64,000 bases of DNA from Octopus vulgaris (lineage: Eukaryota). Position numbers and translations under genes: made by a program. The stretch spans positions 91,016,001 through 91,080,000 of the forward strand of contig OX597823.1 in assembly GCA_951406725.2 (NCBI GenBank), given 5' to 3'. The notes under the pieces were generated by a model. It saw nothing but the letters and a program-made list of their open reading frames with translations. It did no database searches and was not told the origin of the DNA. Every line of letters begins with the position of its first letter. The stretch's first letter is position 1. This document shows positions 12,097 to 26,114 of the stretch, one piece after another.

Positions 12097-12810
12097 TGAT
12101 ATAATGATTTGGGATAGAAAAGAGAAACTGTTCATAATTGTGGAACTTAGCTGCCCAGCAGATGTTAACATGAAGCTGGAGATCAGTGAAAAAGAGAACG
12201 CCTATCTGACACTACTCTATCCAGATTACAAGTTCAGGTTTATACCTGTAATTATTGGGGCCCTGAGAATATGTGGTGGAAGCACTCCGTTGGTTGCGAC
12301 TACGAGGGTTCCGGTTGATCCAATCAACAGAACAGCCTACTCGTGAAATTAACGTGTAAGTGGCTGAGCACTCCACAGACACGTGTACCCTTAACGTAGT
12401 TCTCGGGGATATTCAGCGTGACACAGAGAGTGACAAGGCCGGCCCTTTGAAATACAGGTACAACAGAAACAGGAAGTAAGAGTGAGAGAAAGTTGTGGTG
12501 AAAGAGTACAGCAGGGATCACCACCATCCCTGCCGGAGCCTCATGGAGCTTTAGGTGTTTTCGCTCAATAAACACTCACAACGCCCGGTCTGGGAATCGA
12601 AACCACGATCCTACGACCGCGAGTCCGCTGCCCTAACCACTGGGCCATTGCGCCTCCTGAGAATATGTAACACACTGCTTAAATACCAACCTTAAGAACT
12701 TAGGCTTCCCAAAACCAGAAAGGAGAAAGCTAATTCGAAGACTACAGATCCAAGCCAACACTGGAACAGTAAAAAAATCTGTAAAACTTTCCAGAAGTTT
12801 ATCATTTAAA
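12097..12810 (+). pseudogene. REL-endonuclease 3' fragment of a HERO/NeSL-like non-LTR element, interrupted by a SINE
   Basis: DIMIWDRKEKLFIIVELSCPADVN..EKENAY..YPDYKFRFIPVIIGAL, resuming after 12668 as YVTHCL..LGF..LIRRLQ. Similar to 43570-44200. Confidence 0.75.
12275..12657 (-). mobile_element. tRNA-derived SINE (family E, tail type 1) with a target-site duplication
   Basis: Head GGAGGCGCAATGGCCCAGTGGTTAGGGCAGCGGACT...GGTTTCGATTCCC. TSD TGAGAATATGT at 12264-12274 and 12658-12668. Confidence 0.9.
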
Positions 12811-13785
12811 CATATATGAGCATGTCTAGATATGCAACTATATGCATGAGATTACATACATACATACAAACAAAAATACCCTGTTGTTGATGTTGAAATT
12901 CTAATGAAGGAGCCTTCGATCTAGGTTAGAAACCAGTTCTCTCTCTATTGGCAAGAAATCTTGAAATAAACTGAATAATGATGTACATACATACATATAC
13001 ATATATATATATGGAAACGGTACTAATCAAAACTATACTCTGCTAGTAACAGCTGTTTTCATCCAGTTGGTTCTATTCTTCAATGTGACAAAAGCTCTTT
13101 AATTATTAATTCAGCGCATTTTACACTGGAATACATTCATTGACTTTGCCATTATTCCGACCTAATACATCTTCCAACCAACCGTCGAAACCATCCACAC
13201 CAGACATTCTTCATTTTGCAATTGTTCTCTCAGGGCATGCTTTAATATATATGCTGTGTGTGTGTGTATATAGTACATATATGCACACACACAGACACAC
13301 ATGTACATGTATAAATATCATTTAATGAATACAGGAGTTAAACGTGAACTACTTCAAGTTTCATGCTCAAGTACTGTAGTAATTAGATGGACAGGTTCCG
13401 TGTACCAAGATTGATTTGGCAAGCATTCAGGTTCAAATGACAGGACTACCCTGTGAGAAAAAATCATTAGAAAAAGGTAAGTAGAAAATGGTTAGGGAAA
13501 AGGGGAAATAAGAGTTGTGTCCCTTTAACCCCTTAAATGAAGAATAGGATTGAGTACTTTAACAAGCAAAAAGAACACTAATATATCTTATCTTTTATCT
13601 TTTGCTTGTTTCAGTCATTGCACTGCGGCCATGCTGGGGCACTGCCTTGAAGTGTTTAGCTGAACAAATAATTTCAAGTTTGATAGTTATTCTATTGATC
13701 TTTTTAACTGAACTGCTAAGTAACAGCAACATAAACAGACCAACACCGATAGCCAAGCTGCAATAGGAGATGAACATAAAAACAT

Positions 13786-13828
<43 letters not shown>

Positions 13829-13834
13829 AGTACA

Positions 13835-14410
13835 GTGTACATTCACCAGAATATCTTCAACATTGCCAAAGCAAACCTACCAATCATTGCTCAAAGTAAT
13901 GAATTAAAGGATATAATCACGGATCGAGCTATGGTTCTTAGTAAAAGACAGCCTAAAAACTTGAAAAAATTACTAACAAAGGCAAAATTTGACCTTAGCA
14001 ACAAAGACCAAACATTCACTGTATCTAAATGCAATGATAGCCATTGTGGCACATGCCAATTCATACATACCGGCCAATATATAAACACAAAAACCGGGAA
14101 AATATTCACAAATGCGAATATGAACTGCAAAAGCAGAAATTTAATTTACTGCTTCAAATGCCCAAATTGTGAAGAAATATATGTAGGTCAGACAGGAAAT
14201 GCACTATCAGAACGCTCACATGTACACCAACAACAGATTAGAGACCCAGAGGTCCGTCAGATACCTTTGGGTAACCACCTAGCAACATGTGGTCGGAAAA
14301 TATATATAATATTTCCATTCTACAAATTATACAGCCCAAGTGAAATCGAGAGGAAAATCAAAGAAAAGAATTTTATTGATAAATTCGAACCCATGCTAAA
14401 TAAGCAATAA
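13835..14410 (+). CDS. 5'-truncated Penelope-like (Neptune-type) ORF: linker plus GIY-YIG endonuclease, second family
   Basis: SKRQPKNLKKLLTKA, CNDSHCGTC, NCKSRNLIYCFKCPNCEEIYVGQT and KEKNFIDKFEPMLN are paralogous to the 294-1409 protein. The element (about 13830-15040) is flanked by (TA)n. Confidence 0.9.
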   Translation: MYIHQNIFNIAKANLPIIAQSNELKDIITDRAMVLSKRQPKNLKKLLTKAKFDLSNKDQTFTVSKCNDSHCGTCQFIHTGQYINTKTGKIFTNANMNCKSRNLIYCFKCPNCEEIYVGQTGNALSERSHVHQQQIRDPEVRQIPLGNHLATCGRKIYIIFPFYKLYSPSEIERKIKEKNFIDKFEPMLNKQ

Positions 14411-14875
14411 TAATAATACTTAGAGGTGCCACTTCTACTGCTACCACCATGACCACTAACAACAACAACAATACTAAAGGTGATCAAGAGGAAGATAGCA
14501 GGAAAATTATCTTATTTAGGGTTAAAAGCTCTATTGCCACCACCATCACCACTAGCAACAGTAATTAAGGTGCTGACAATGATGATGATGACAATTGAAA
14601 TATAAAAATCCCTGACAAAGGCTATTTACAACATTTCTAAAAATAGCCCAACAATTGCTGCCTCGGCCAGGGTTAAGATACAGGACTCTTGACATGTTCA
14701 ACAAAGGCTTGACGCCTAAACCAACCAATCAGCTTAAGTAATTGAGTGATGCTACACACTGATTGGTCAGAATACAGTTTGCAATCTGGAGACCATACAG
14801 GTGTATTTAAGGCACAGATTTAACCATCTCACTACAGTCAAAAATTGTGAAGCATGACTGTCACCACTACTACAT

Positions 14876-14918
14876 GAACCTGAAGATTGCATAATTTAAT
14901 GCATAAAAGTACTAGTTC
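14876..14918 (+). ncRNA. Degenerate minimal hammerhead in the pLTR of PLE 2 (G12A, probably inactive)
   Basis: GAAC | CTGAAGA | tTGCAT aattta ATGCAt | AAAA (expected GAAA) | GTAC TA^ | GTTC. Helix III is the palindrome AGTACT. Confidence 0.7.
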
Positions 14919-16349
14919 AATCAGAATGAACATTTAACATTCTACTATTTTATTTTATTTTATTATATTATCTTATATTATATCATTATAAGATTGTAAA
15001 TAAAATGTGAAAATCAGACAAGGTTGGAAATCCTTTTATTAATATATATATACATATTATATATATATATTCTTTTATTCTTTTATTTGTTTGTTATTTG
15101 ACTGTGACCATGCTGGGGTACCGCTTTCAGTCGAACAAATTGACCCAGGAATTATTCTATGTAAGCCTAGTACTTATTTTATTGGTCTCTTTTGCTGAAC
15201 CACTAAGTTATGAGTACATAGACATGCCACCATCAGTTCTCAAGCGATGGTGAGGAGACGAACATAGATGCACAAACACACACACACACATATACGCACA
15301 CATACATGTGTGTGTGTATATATATATAGATATATATATATATATATAAGATGACTTCTTTCAATTTCTGTCTACCAAATGCACTCACAAAGCTTTGATT
15401 GGCTTGACACTATAATAGAAGAGACTTGCCGAAGGTGCCATGCTGTAGGAATGAACCTGGAACCATGTGGTTGGTAAGCAAGCTACTTACCACACAGCCA
15501 CTCGTGCGTATAAATTTTTTTGATTTTCCTTCTTTTGTTATATATTTTTTACTATATATAGATATAGCTATAAATCATCATCATCATTAAACATCCTTCT
15601 TTTGGTGCTGGCAATACACACACACACACATATGCATACATACATTCACATATACATACATACACACACACATACCTACACATCAGCCTATCTTAACAAT
15701 TCTTCACTAATCTTCTTCTTAATTCTTTTTCCCACTCGTTGCTCCATCTCAAACAATACTTTTCATCTTTCTGTTCTTATATTTTCCACCACCTTCGCCT
15801 CTTCCATTGCATCCCACTCTGCCTCTCTCCATCACTGCTGCCGCTTTCCTCTTTTTCTGCATTCGGTACAGCTATTCCACCTTTGTCTTAAATTGTTCTG
15901 AAACTCCCCTTTTGCTCATCGTCCCTATCATCTATTCATTTATACCTTGCACATATATTTTTTCCTCTATATGCACCATCCTAATCTACACAGTTCCCTT
16001 TACTTTTGTCCCCATCTCCTACACCAACCGTTACAAAGCAATATTTCCCCCAAAAACAGTTGCGTTGTTATAGTCTTATAATATAAACTTATCTATTTAA
16101 CACAATCCCAAAATTTTGCCATCTCCTCTGCTTTCCTTTAATCTTACTTTCTATGTGTGAACGCACACAGGCACTTCTGTGTGTGTGTGTTTTCTTGCGT
16201 GTATACACATACTTATATACCTACGTTTGTGTATGCAGATATACATACATACACACATTTACATATACATATACATACATACATACATACATACATACAT
16301 AATACATACATATATACATATATACCTACATACATACAAACATACATAC

Positions 16350-16418
<69 letters not shown>

Positions 16419-16642
16419 TATATACATATATATATAGGTTTGATTATGGTCTACACACACACACACACATATATGTATTTTCATACTCTGAAAAGCCATA
16501 TATGTATGTATGTATATGTGTGTGTGTGTGTATGTGTATGTATATATATATATATATATATGGATGTAATTTATATATATATATATGTGTACATATATAT
16601 ATATATATATATGCTTCGTTTTTGTATCTGTGTGTGTGTCTT

Positions 16643-16679
<37 letters not shown>

Positions 16680-17130
16680 ATATAAGACTTCTTTTTCCAC
16701 CTTTTACTCTACACCCCTAAAGTGAATTGATCCAGGAGAAGAGATGGAGAATAACAAAAACATAATTAAAAGATATAATAGAATATAAAAAAATTTGTAA
16801 GATGTAGAAAAATAAAAATAAATTTTATCTCCTGACAAGAATACACACGTACGATATAACACACACACCACACACACACACACAAACACACACACACATG
16901 CACATATTAAACACATATTTACACAAAACATATATATCTAAATATTTATATATACATGTATATATATATATATGTATATATATATATGTATTTATGTATA
17001 TATATGTATATATATGTATGTATATATATATACATGTATATATGTATGTATATATAAATGTATATATGTATGTATATGTATGTATTTATGTATGTATGTA
17101 TGTATGTATGTATGTATGTATGTATGTATG

Positions 17131-17162
<32 letters not shown>

Positions 17163-17679
17163 TGTTTATGTCTATAGTTAAGAATATAAACCAGAATATG
17201 GAAGAAAAAGGAAATAACATTTTTTTTTTCTTGAAACCTGAAGATCAAAGGTGTCTCTCTGATATATGTGATTCCTCTGAAGTCATTCTCCACCTTCATT
17301 CCTCTCGTTCACTTTTAAAAGGAACTTCACTTTATCTCCAACCAAAATCTAAATTGTTCCATCTATTGCTTTTCTCTTCAACTTATTTAAGAACCTGGCA
17401 TTTTTCTTTAACCGATTGATATCTGTATTAGCAATTCTTCGGCCAATAGCATTCCACTTATATATTTAGTTTCCAATATCTCTTTTAATTTGCCATCTGC
17501 TTTGGTTGTGCATTGATTTTTTGAGATATTCTTTCCTTCTTTCTTTCTTCCTTTCTTCCTTTCTATCCATTTTTTTTTTGTTTTTATTTTGTTTTCCTTC
17601 CTGTTTTGTTTTTCAAAACCAAGTAATTCCTCAATCGCTCTTTCACACTACTTTATAATTTTCCCCCTCTTGCATTCAT

Positions 17680-17777
<98 letters not shown>

Positions 17778-17803
17778 CACACATATATATATATATAAAT
17801 ACA

Positions 17804-17869
<66 letters not shown>

Positions 17870-18524
17870 CTTATGCATACCTGCATATAAATATATATCT
17901 TTGGTTTTTGCTGTTATTTTCCGTATTCAAATTCTTCCTTCTAACAACTGCTTCTTACTTTTCATGCTTACTTTCCTAATGCCATTGCTTTTTGCTTTTT
18001 TGTTTTTTTGAGTGGGGGTGGGGTGTTCCGCTTTATTCCCCACTTCACTGCTGCAGCTAACACCACCACCACCACCATCACCACCATCACCACCATTACC
18101 AATGTTGTTTTTTGTTGGTTGGTAGATTTTGAAGTTCTACCTGTGTACATACTTCTAAAAATCTTCATTGCCAACTGAAGTCTCCAAGAGAATTGGCAGG
18201 GCTGCTTTGCATACAATTGAGGAATTCCGTAGCATGTAGTGAGCATTGTATAAAGTATAACATATAATCCTTCCATGACCACCCAAACCAAAAGTCAGCC
18301 ACTTTATATATGTGTACTTTATCTTTTACTTGTTTCAGTCATTAGACTGTGGCCATGCTGGGGCATTACTTTGAAGGATTTTATTCAGACAAATCGACTC
18401 CAGGACTTAGTTTTTCTGTAAAATTTTGTCCTTATTCTACAGGTTTCTTTTGCCGAACCATTGAGGCATGGAAGGATGTACATACACTAACATCAGTTGT
18501 CAAGCATTGATGGGATACACGCAC

Positions 18525-18555
<31 letters not shown>

Positions 18556-18624
18556 TATATTTATACGCACAGATCACTAGCCACTAAACTGTTTTTTATT
18601 TTCTCTCTCTGTTTATTTCTGTGC

Positions 18625-18663
18625 TCTTTTCTGTCGAAGAGCATAGGCTTGAAACATAAAAGA
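18625..18663 (+). ncRNA. Hammerhead-like motif with a variant core (CUGUCGA) in a ~185-bp element (about 18568-18752) inserted in the (CA)n of a SINE
   Basis: TCTTTT | CTGTCGA | aGAGC atag GCTT | GAAA | CA TA^ | AAAGA. Helix III ACAT is consistent with CpG decay of ACGT. Confidence 0.55.
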
Positions 18664-18750
18664 CTTTCTCACTTCCTAAGCATTAAACAAATACATCTGT
18701 TAGCTGTTTACACACCTCTCTTCGGCTTTTGTTTTTTTGTAAATTCTCAC

Positions 18751-18834
<84 letters not shown>

Positions 18835-19453
18835 CACTTCTTCTACTATAGCCCGAGGCTATAGTAGAAGACACTTGCCCAAGGTGTCATGCAGTGGGAC
18901 TGAACCTGGAACCAAGTAGTTGGGAAATAAACTTCCCTGGCAGGAAAGAAAGAAAGGAGAAGCAGTGGGGGAAATACTCTGAGGGTGCAAGGTGAATACA
19001 AGTCAGTGAACAGGGAGAGAGGAACATAAATATTTAGAAGGATTTAAAGTTTGGGAGTGTGGTAAAGGAGACTGACAGATGATCAGAGATGTGGATGGAG
19101 GTGGACAGAGTAAACAGGGCTCGGGTGGGGCGGTGGGGGGGGCATGGACAATGTTTTATATTGAGTTTGGTAGGGGAAGGGAGTGAAAGAAATGGGAGTG
19201 AGTCAGGGAGGAGGATGTAGTGATGAGAGTCAGTAATAGGGAGCTGATACTTGTGTGCGCCTCAATGAAATTACTCAATCTACATGAAAGAGCAGTCAAA
19301 TCCACATCATAAAACAAAGTGGATACATTCGATAGACAAAAATAATGCTTGCAACACAGATAATGGTTTCAAATTTTGGCACAAGGCCAGTAATTTTTGA
19401 TGAGGGCGTAAGTCAATTACATCACCCCACCATGTTCAACTCGTACTTATTGA

Positions 19454-19687
19454 CATTATTTACATTATTTACATTTGACAGATATTTGTCCTCATCTTGT
19501 TTGTTGTTAACACAATGTTTCGGCTGATATACCCTCCAGCCTCCATCAGGTGTCTTAGGGAAATTTATATGCCCAAAAATTCACTCCATAATTGCCCATG
19601 GGTATATGCCGTAGTGGTTAAGAGTGTGGGCTACTAACCCCAAGATTCCAAGTTTGATTCCGAGCAGTGACCTGAATAATAATAATG

Positions 19688-19748
<61 letters not shown>

Positions 19749-19914
19749 CATTGAAAAATACCTTAGGAATGAGAACCTAGGTTTGAAATTTCCCCAAGAC
19801 ACCTGATGTAGGCTGGAGGGTATATCAGCCGAAATGTGTTAAAAACAAACAAGATGAGGACAAATATCCGTCAAATATAAATAATCTACATAAGATAATA
19901 ATGATGATGATATG

Positions 19915-19977
<63 letters not shown>

Positions 19978-20141
19978 TTGAAAAATACCTTAGGAATGAG
20001 AACCCAGGTTTGAAATTTCCCCAAGACACCAGGTGAAGGCTGGAGGGTATATCAGCCGAAACGTGTTAAAAACAAACAAGATGAGGACAAATATCCGTCA
20101 AATGTACATAATTCCTCATCTCTTAAATATAGAACTGTATG
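19454..20141 (+). mobile_element. tRNA-headed, hammerhead-containing non-autonomous retroelement (inverted tail, tRNA-like head, then two tandem (AAT)n-HHR tails)
   Basis: Inverted tail 19454-19566, tRNA-like head 19600-19672, HHR relics at 19509-19554 (-), 19798-19840 and 20025-20068. TSD GTACTTATTGA at 19443-19453 and 20142-20152; the element splits a family B SINE. Confidence 0.85.
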
Positions 20142-20894
20142 GTACTTATTGATGCTGAAAGGATGAGAGGTAAAACCAATGTAAAAACGGCTGAAATGCC
20201 ATTAACCATTTTGTACAGCATCCTAACAATTCTGCCAGCCCGCAACCTTAAAGGTGGCATGCAACATATATATTAGGGTTGTCACTGCAAAAATGCCTTT
20301 GACTGTACGTATGCTTAATCAGGGCCAAGTTGGAGATAAGTAACAACAACAATGGTGACAACAGCAACAGGAATGATAAGAACAAGAACAGCATTCATGA
20401 AATATAGATTCCTGCATGACAAATTGCAAAACCTTTAGCAATCTTTCTATGGTGAATGGTTGTTTTTCCATCAGGTTGGTGCTCACGTAATTGATCCACT
20501 TGCCTGATTAAATTTTCTTTCAAGATGTATGGAGTCTGTCCAGAATCGAATATATATACAGGCATCTAATTTGTGTAATTGCATCGAATGCATATGGTGC
20601 GAAAGGATTATTTTCACAAATGTATTCATAAGCTTCGTAACACCAATTGCAACTGACAGTGACGCAGGCAGGTCAAAGAGATGGAGTGAGATCCATGATA
20701 AAAATCTAATGAGCCATTATCAAAGGATGGATGTGTATGTGTGTGTGAGGTGTGTGTGCGTAAGTGTGTGTGTATGTGTGTGTGTGTGCATATATGGTTA
20801 CACATAAAAATATATATATGTGCGTGTATGTATATATGTATATATATATAATCATGTTTATGTACATTTATGTATGTGTATGTGTATGTGTATA

Positions 20895-20940
<46 letters not shown>

Positions 20941-21081
20941 GCACACAGACACACAGACACACATATACATCTGTGTGTGTAGATGTGTGTGTGTGCATGT
21001 ATTGTTCATAACTATTTCAATGCATTCATCCTTTTGTCTCTCTCTGTATATATTTATATATATATATATGTATATATATGC

Positions 21082-21119
<38 letters not shown>

Positions 21120-21128
21120 TTGTATGTA

Positions 21129-21159
<31 letters not shown>

Positions 21160-21203
21160 GGATATAGATATAGATATAGATATAAATATATATAGATATA
21201 CAT

Positions 21204-21241
<38 letters not shown>

Positions 21242-21312
21242 CATACATGTACATATATATACACATTTATATATATTTGTATATATATATGTGTGTGTGT
21301 GTGTATATATGT

Positions 21313-21345
<33 letters not shown>

Positions 21346-24110
21346 GTCATTCCGAGTGAGGAAGAAACCGTGCTAACCCTTTTAGTGTGTTTGAGTGTGT
21401 GTTTGCATTCATACGTGTGTAGTTTTGTACTTGCATAAACTTGTGTCTATATGTACGTGTGACAGTTGAATCTTTATTCTGCTATCTTACTGCCAGTATT
21501 ATTCATTAGTCACACCATTCGCTGTAATAATGTAGATGCTACATAACACAATTGCACAGAAATATTTCCAAGAATTCGGTTGTTTTCTTCCTTGGTATTC
21601 AACTTCAAATTTCACATCAAGCTTAAAATTATTAATCTCTTCCTCTCTATATCTTCATCTCTCTCCCTCTATTTTACACTCTCTTTGTTTCTAACTCACT
21701 GCCTCTTTTCATCTTTTTGTACTCTTCTATTGTTTTCCTATTACCAAGCCATATTTATTTTGTTCAATATCTTTCTCTTAGAATTACTGCCATCGGAGGA
21801 GATTTGACTGTTAGATTTGTGGGTGCAGCAGCCTTAGAAATTTCCTGTTGTTACTGGTCCTGCTTTTCTCTACCTTGTCTTAGGGACTGGAAACCTTTGA
21901 ATGCTTGTTCCCACGTGTGTAGCTGCTTGGTTTTCTGCCATTTACCGTCCCATGACTTTACTTTGTGCACACTTTTGGGGCACAGGCCTGGAATTTCTTT
22001 TAATCTATGCAGACCCCAGGCTTCTTAGATTACTTTTGGCTGCTTGCTTCTTGCCTTTATTGCATCTTAAAGGTGAGGACAATCCAAGAGTGACCATCAT
22101 AACCAATATCCTTTAAAAATAACTCTTGTGTAGCCCTACATCATATCATGGTCTGGACTTTTGGTCTAGTATGAAATGTATGCCTTGATCTATTTTTATT
22201 TTTGTCTTGTCCTTCATTCAGAACATCATACAGATGCCTCCATATTCTCCTCCACAGAACGGATGTTACTCAACATGCTGGCCAGGTCTTCTTAGATTTA
22301 CACTTTCATGGTATAATAGAGATATCCTTGTGTCTTTTGAGATACAGAGATTCTGTTTCCTTTTCTCCTGCTGTTTGATAAGAGACAGCGGCACAGATGT
22401 ATCTACCTCCGTCACGCATCTCTGCTGATCAAACTTTCTTCATTAGATAATTCATAAAGCGTCCATTTGTTTGAAGCAGTTTCAGTAGAACAAAGAATGC
22501 TGGAAATATTTTCCTTTTTACTCAATAAATTCTTTGTTATGGCTGAAGTCGTTTTCTTAGTTTTGAAAATTATGTTATTCTCTGTTTGAAAATAATTATT
22601 TATTGTTGCAAAATAAATGTGTTCCGTTGAGGAATTAGAATTGTTCCATGTAATATTTCTGTTTTTCTATCTGCCATCTGTAAAAATTGCGTTAATTTTC
22701 TTTCAAAAGTTTATATGGAGGAGTATTTATAAACACAGCAGCCATTTTGTTTGTTTAAGAAAGTAAGATATTTTGTTAACAAATTAAAGGAATTTTGTTT
22801 TCATTTATTTATGCCAAACATTTGAGAATTGATAATGCAAACAACCACACTCCTACATCTCCATTTAGAAATTCCACTTTAAAAAAGGTATTTTTGCTCA
22901 TAATGTCTGTATTGTTAATAATCTATGACATGGGAGGACCAGTCGAAACTCCGACTATTGTATGATGTGATAACAAAGTCAATGATGATGATGATGATGA
23001 TGATGATGATAACAGCAGCAACAACAACAATAAGTTCTAATTTTGGCACAAGGCCAGCAATTTTAGGAGGGAGAGGTGGTGAAGGCACACCCTCAAGGTA
23101 CGAAGTAAATTGGGGAAAGGTATAAAGAAAAAGACATTGTGGGTAGATAAGTTCACAAGAGTGTGAAAGGAAGGTAAAAAAGAGATTAAAGATGGGGACA
23201 GAGGTGGACACAGTGAATGGGGGGGGGGGACAGTGGAGGAGTGGTCAATGGTGAGAATCAGTTTGTGGAAGGAGAAAAAAAGGGTCCAAAGATGGCATCA
23301 TTTGGGTGTTAGGAAGCTTTGGCAGTGTTTCTTTCACATTGACAGTAGTAACATAAGATAAAAGTGAAAAAATTCTTTAAATGCATCAGGGGTCAAATAA
23401 TTCTGTAGCAAGAAATAAAAGTGGAGACTAGAAAGATTATCCTTATCTTTATAAGGAGAGAATTTTCCAAAGAAACTCTCTTGCTCTCTTTTTCTCTTTA
23501 TGGGCTCTGATACAATTGTTATGGCAGGATAATAAACAATCTTTTATAAGTAGAAGAATCTAAACTGTACATTAAAGATAAACAGTTACATACAGTAGAT
23601 GGATTTACTAGAGGAACTATTATGAAATTTGGATTAGAACAACTGCACCAGTACAATGATGAACGAAGGGAAAACTAATTGAAAAAACTAATATTCTGTT
23701 GGATAAATAAACAGGAATAATAGAATTGTTATCTAATAGAATTAGATAACTGTACACGGAATTACAATTATTTAAGAAACAATGAACTAGAAAAAGAGGT
23801 AAGTGCAACACAAAAGTGAAAAGAAATTTAGAAAGTTACATGACAGATATGTTGGATTAAAATGGGAAACAAAACTAAATGCAAAAGATATGAAAATGGA
23901 AGCAATAGTCTCGATGTCCTTGTAATAAGTTATAATTTTCTCAACTAATCTGAACAAATTAGCAAGATTACACAAATAAAACAAGGAAAATTATGACTCT
24001 ATGTATTCATCATCATCATTTAATGTCCGCTTTCCATGCTAGCATGGGTTGGACGAATGACTGAGGGCTGGTGAACCAGATGGCTGCACCAGGCTTCAAT
24101 CTTCATCTGG

Positions 24111-24156
<46 letters not shown>

Positions 24157-24439
24157 TATATACGACGGGCTTTTTTCAGTTTCCGTCTACTAAATCCACT
24201 CACGAGTCTTTGGTCGGCCTGAAGCTAGAGTAGAAGACACTTACCCAAGGTACCATGCAGTGGGACTGAACCCAGAACTATGTGGTTTGTAAGCAAGCTA
24301 CTTTTCACACAGCCACTCCGCTTATTTTTTTTTTCTTGACGAGGGAACGGAAAGCAGCGTGGTGACAGCTGTGTGAAGGCGGCAGCCACCGCAGGGCTCC
24401 GGGCAGTGTTGGCTCCTACTCCGTGGAAAATATAAAGAA

Positions 24440-25050
24440 ACCATCAACTATATTGTCACTGGACATCTGGAACTACCAAAGACCAAATTTATCCACAAGC
24501 ATAACAAGGCAGCAGCATATTTTCATTAGAAAATATCAAAGAGTTATAAAATGAAGACAGCCATGAAATGATGTGAACATTGTCATTGACATCAAGGTTG
24601 TCACCATTCTCTGGGATATGACCAACCACACTGACAAAGCAACAAAAAACACAAGCCTGGTATTTTTATGTAGTACAGGAGGTGTATACTTTTTGATACA
24701 GCTATACTTTCTGTAAAAACCATCTCCAAGTCACAGAGAAACCATACAAGTACAAAGATTGGTTCTGTGTAATACCAAGAGAAAAAACGTAATATAAATC
24801 ACACATGTTCAAAAATCTTAGAATTACACATTGACAGTATTCTGGGATAAGCTGTTTCACACTGACAAACAGATCAGTAATAATTGCCCAGACATTGTTA
24901 TCAAGAATCATTTCCTGCAAATGATAAAGTTCTCTCTAAATGAAATTGAAGAAACTACCCAAAGAAAATATCTAGAAATCTATATAACCAGAATATGGAA
25001 ATTGAAAAATGATGCCTTCGCAATAATAGGTATAGCATTAATGTTTAGAA
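24440..25050 (+). pseudogene. Highly decayed R4/Dong-like REL-domain fragments
   Basis: ILWDMT.HTDK and TVFWDKLFHTDKQISNNCPDIVIKNH..KYLEI..TRIWKLK. Confidence 0.6.
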
Positions 25051-25252
25051 AACAATTCTTTTATTTGTCTCATTTATTTGACTGTGGCCATGCAGGAGAC
25101 CACTTTTAGTCACACAAATCGACCCCAGTACTTATTCTCTGTAAACCTAATGCTTATTCTATCAGTCTCTTTTACTGAGCCACTAAGTTACAGGGACATA
25201 AACTCACTGATATTGGTTGTCAAGCGATGGTGGTGGGAACAAACACATACAA

Positions 25253-25297
<45 letters not shown>

Positions 25298-25805
25298 TGA
25301 TGAGTTTCTTTCAGTTTCCATCTACCAAATCCACTCACAAGGCTTTGGTTGGCCCCGAGGGTATAGAAGAAAACACTTGCCCAAGGTGCCAGGTAGTGGG
25401 ACTGAACCCGGAACCATGTGGTTGGTAAGCAAGCTACATACCACACAGCTTCTCCTGCTAATAAATACATAAGGAAAGCACCAAAATTATAAAATATACA
25501 CAACTAACATTGTGTATATTTACATATACTATAAATATACACAACTAGGTCCTGCATATACACAAACACACACACACTTATCAATAAAATAAGATAACAT
25601 ATTAAATAGATTATAATATAGGTGTCTCATTAGCAATTAAAGCCTAAAGGCAAGGTAATAAACAAGGGTACAAATAGTACCAGCATTGCTAGAAATAACA
25701 GTTAAAAATGACTCGAATAGCCACACAAAACACTAACCTTGTTAGCATGTTGTGTGGCTATTCGAGTTAGTTTTGACTCTTATTTCTAGCAATTTCGGTA
25801 CCCTT

Positions 25806-26114
25806 ATATCACTGTGATCACCGTGACTGATCAGGCTATCAGATGTTGTTACACATCGCTGGTCACAATGCGCTTCGCATTGTTTTAGCCTTCAAATGAG
25901 ACCACCCTGCTGGTTAAGTGAGCAGGCCAACAGAAGAGTGAGAGAAAGTTGTGGTGAAAGAGTACAGCAGGGATCGCCACAACCCCCTGCTGGAACCTCA
26001 TGGAGCTTTAGGTGTTTTCACTCAATAAACACTCACAATGCCTGGTCTGGGAATCGAAACCGCGATCCTACAACCGCGAGTCCGCTGCCCTAACCACTGG
26101 GCCATTGCACCTCC
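25806..26114 (-). mobile_element. SINE family E head and body with a different tail (type 2)
   Basis: Matches 12275-12657 up to CAACTTTCTCTCACTCTT, then continues with an unrelated tail that is also seen alone at 11913-12022 (+). Confidence 0.88.

Noticed and set aside
17237-17285. CTGAAGA core-like motif
   Set aside because: No GAAA or helix III follows.
20400-20720. Possible decayed GIY-YIG fragment on the minus strand
   Set aside because: Only a vague resemblance across frameshifts; cannot be supported without a profile search.
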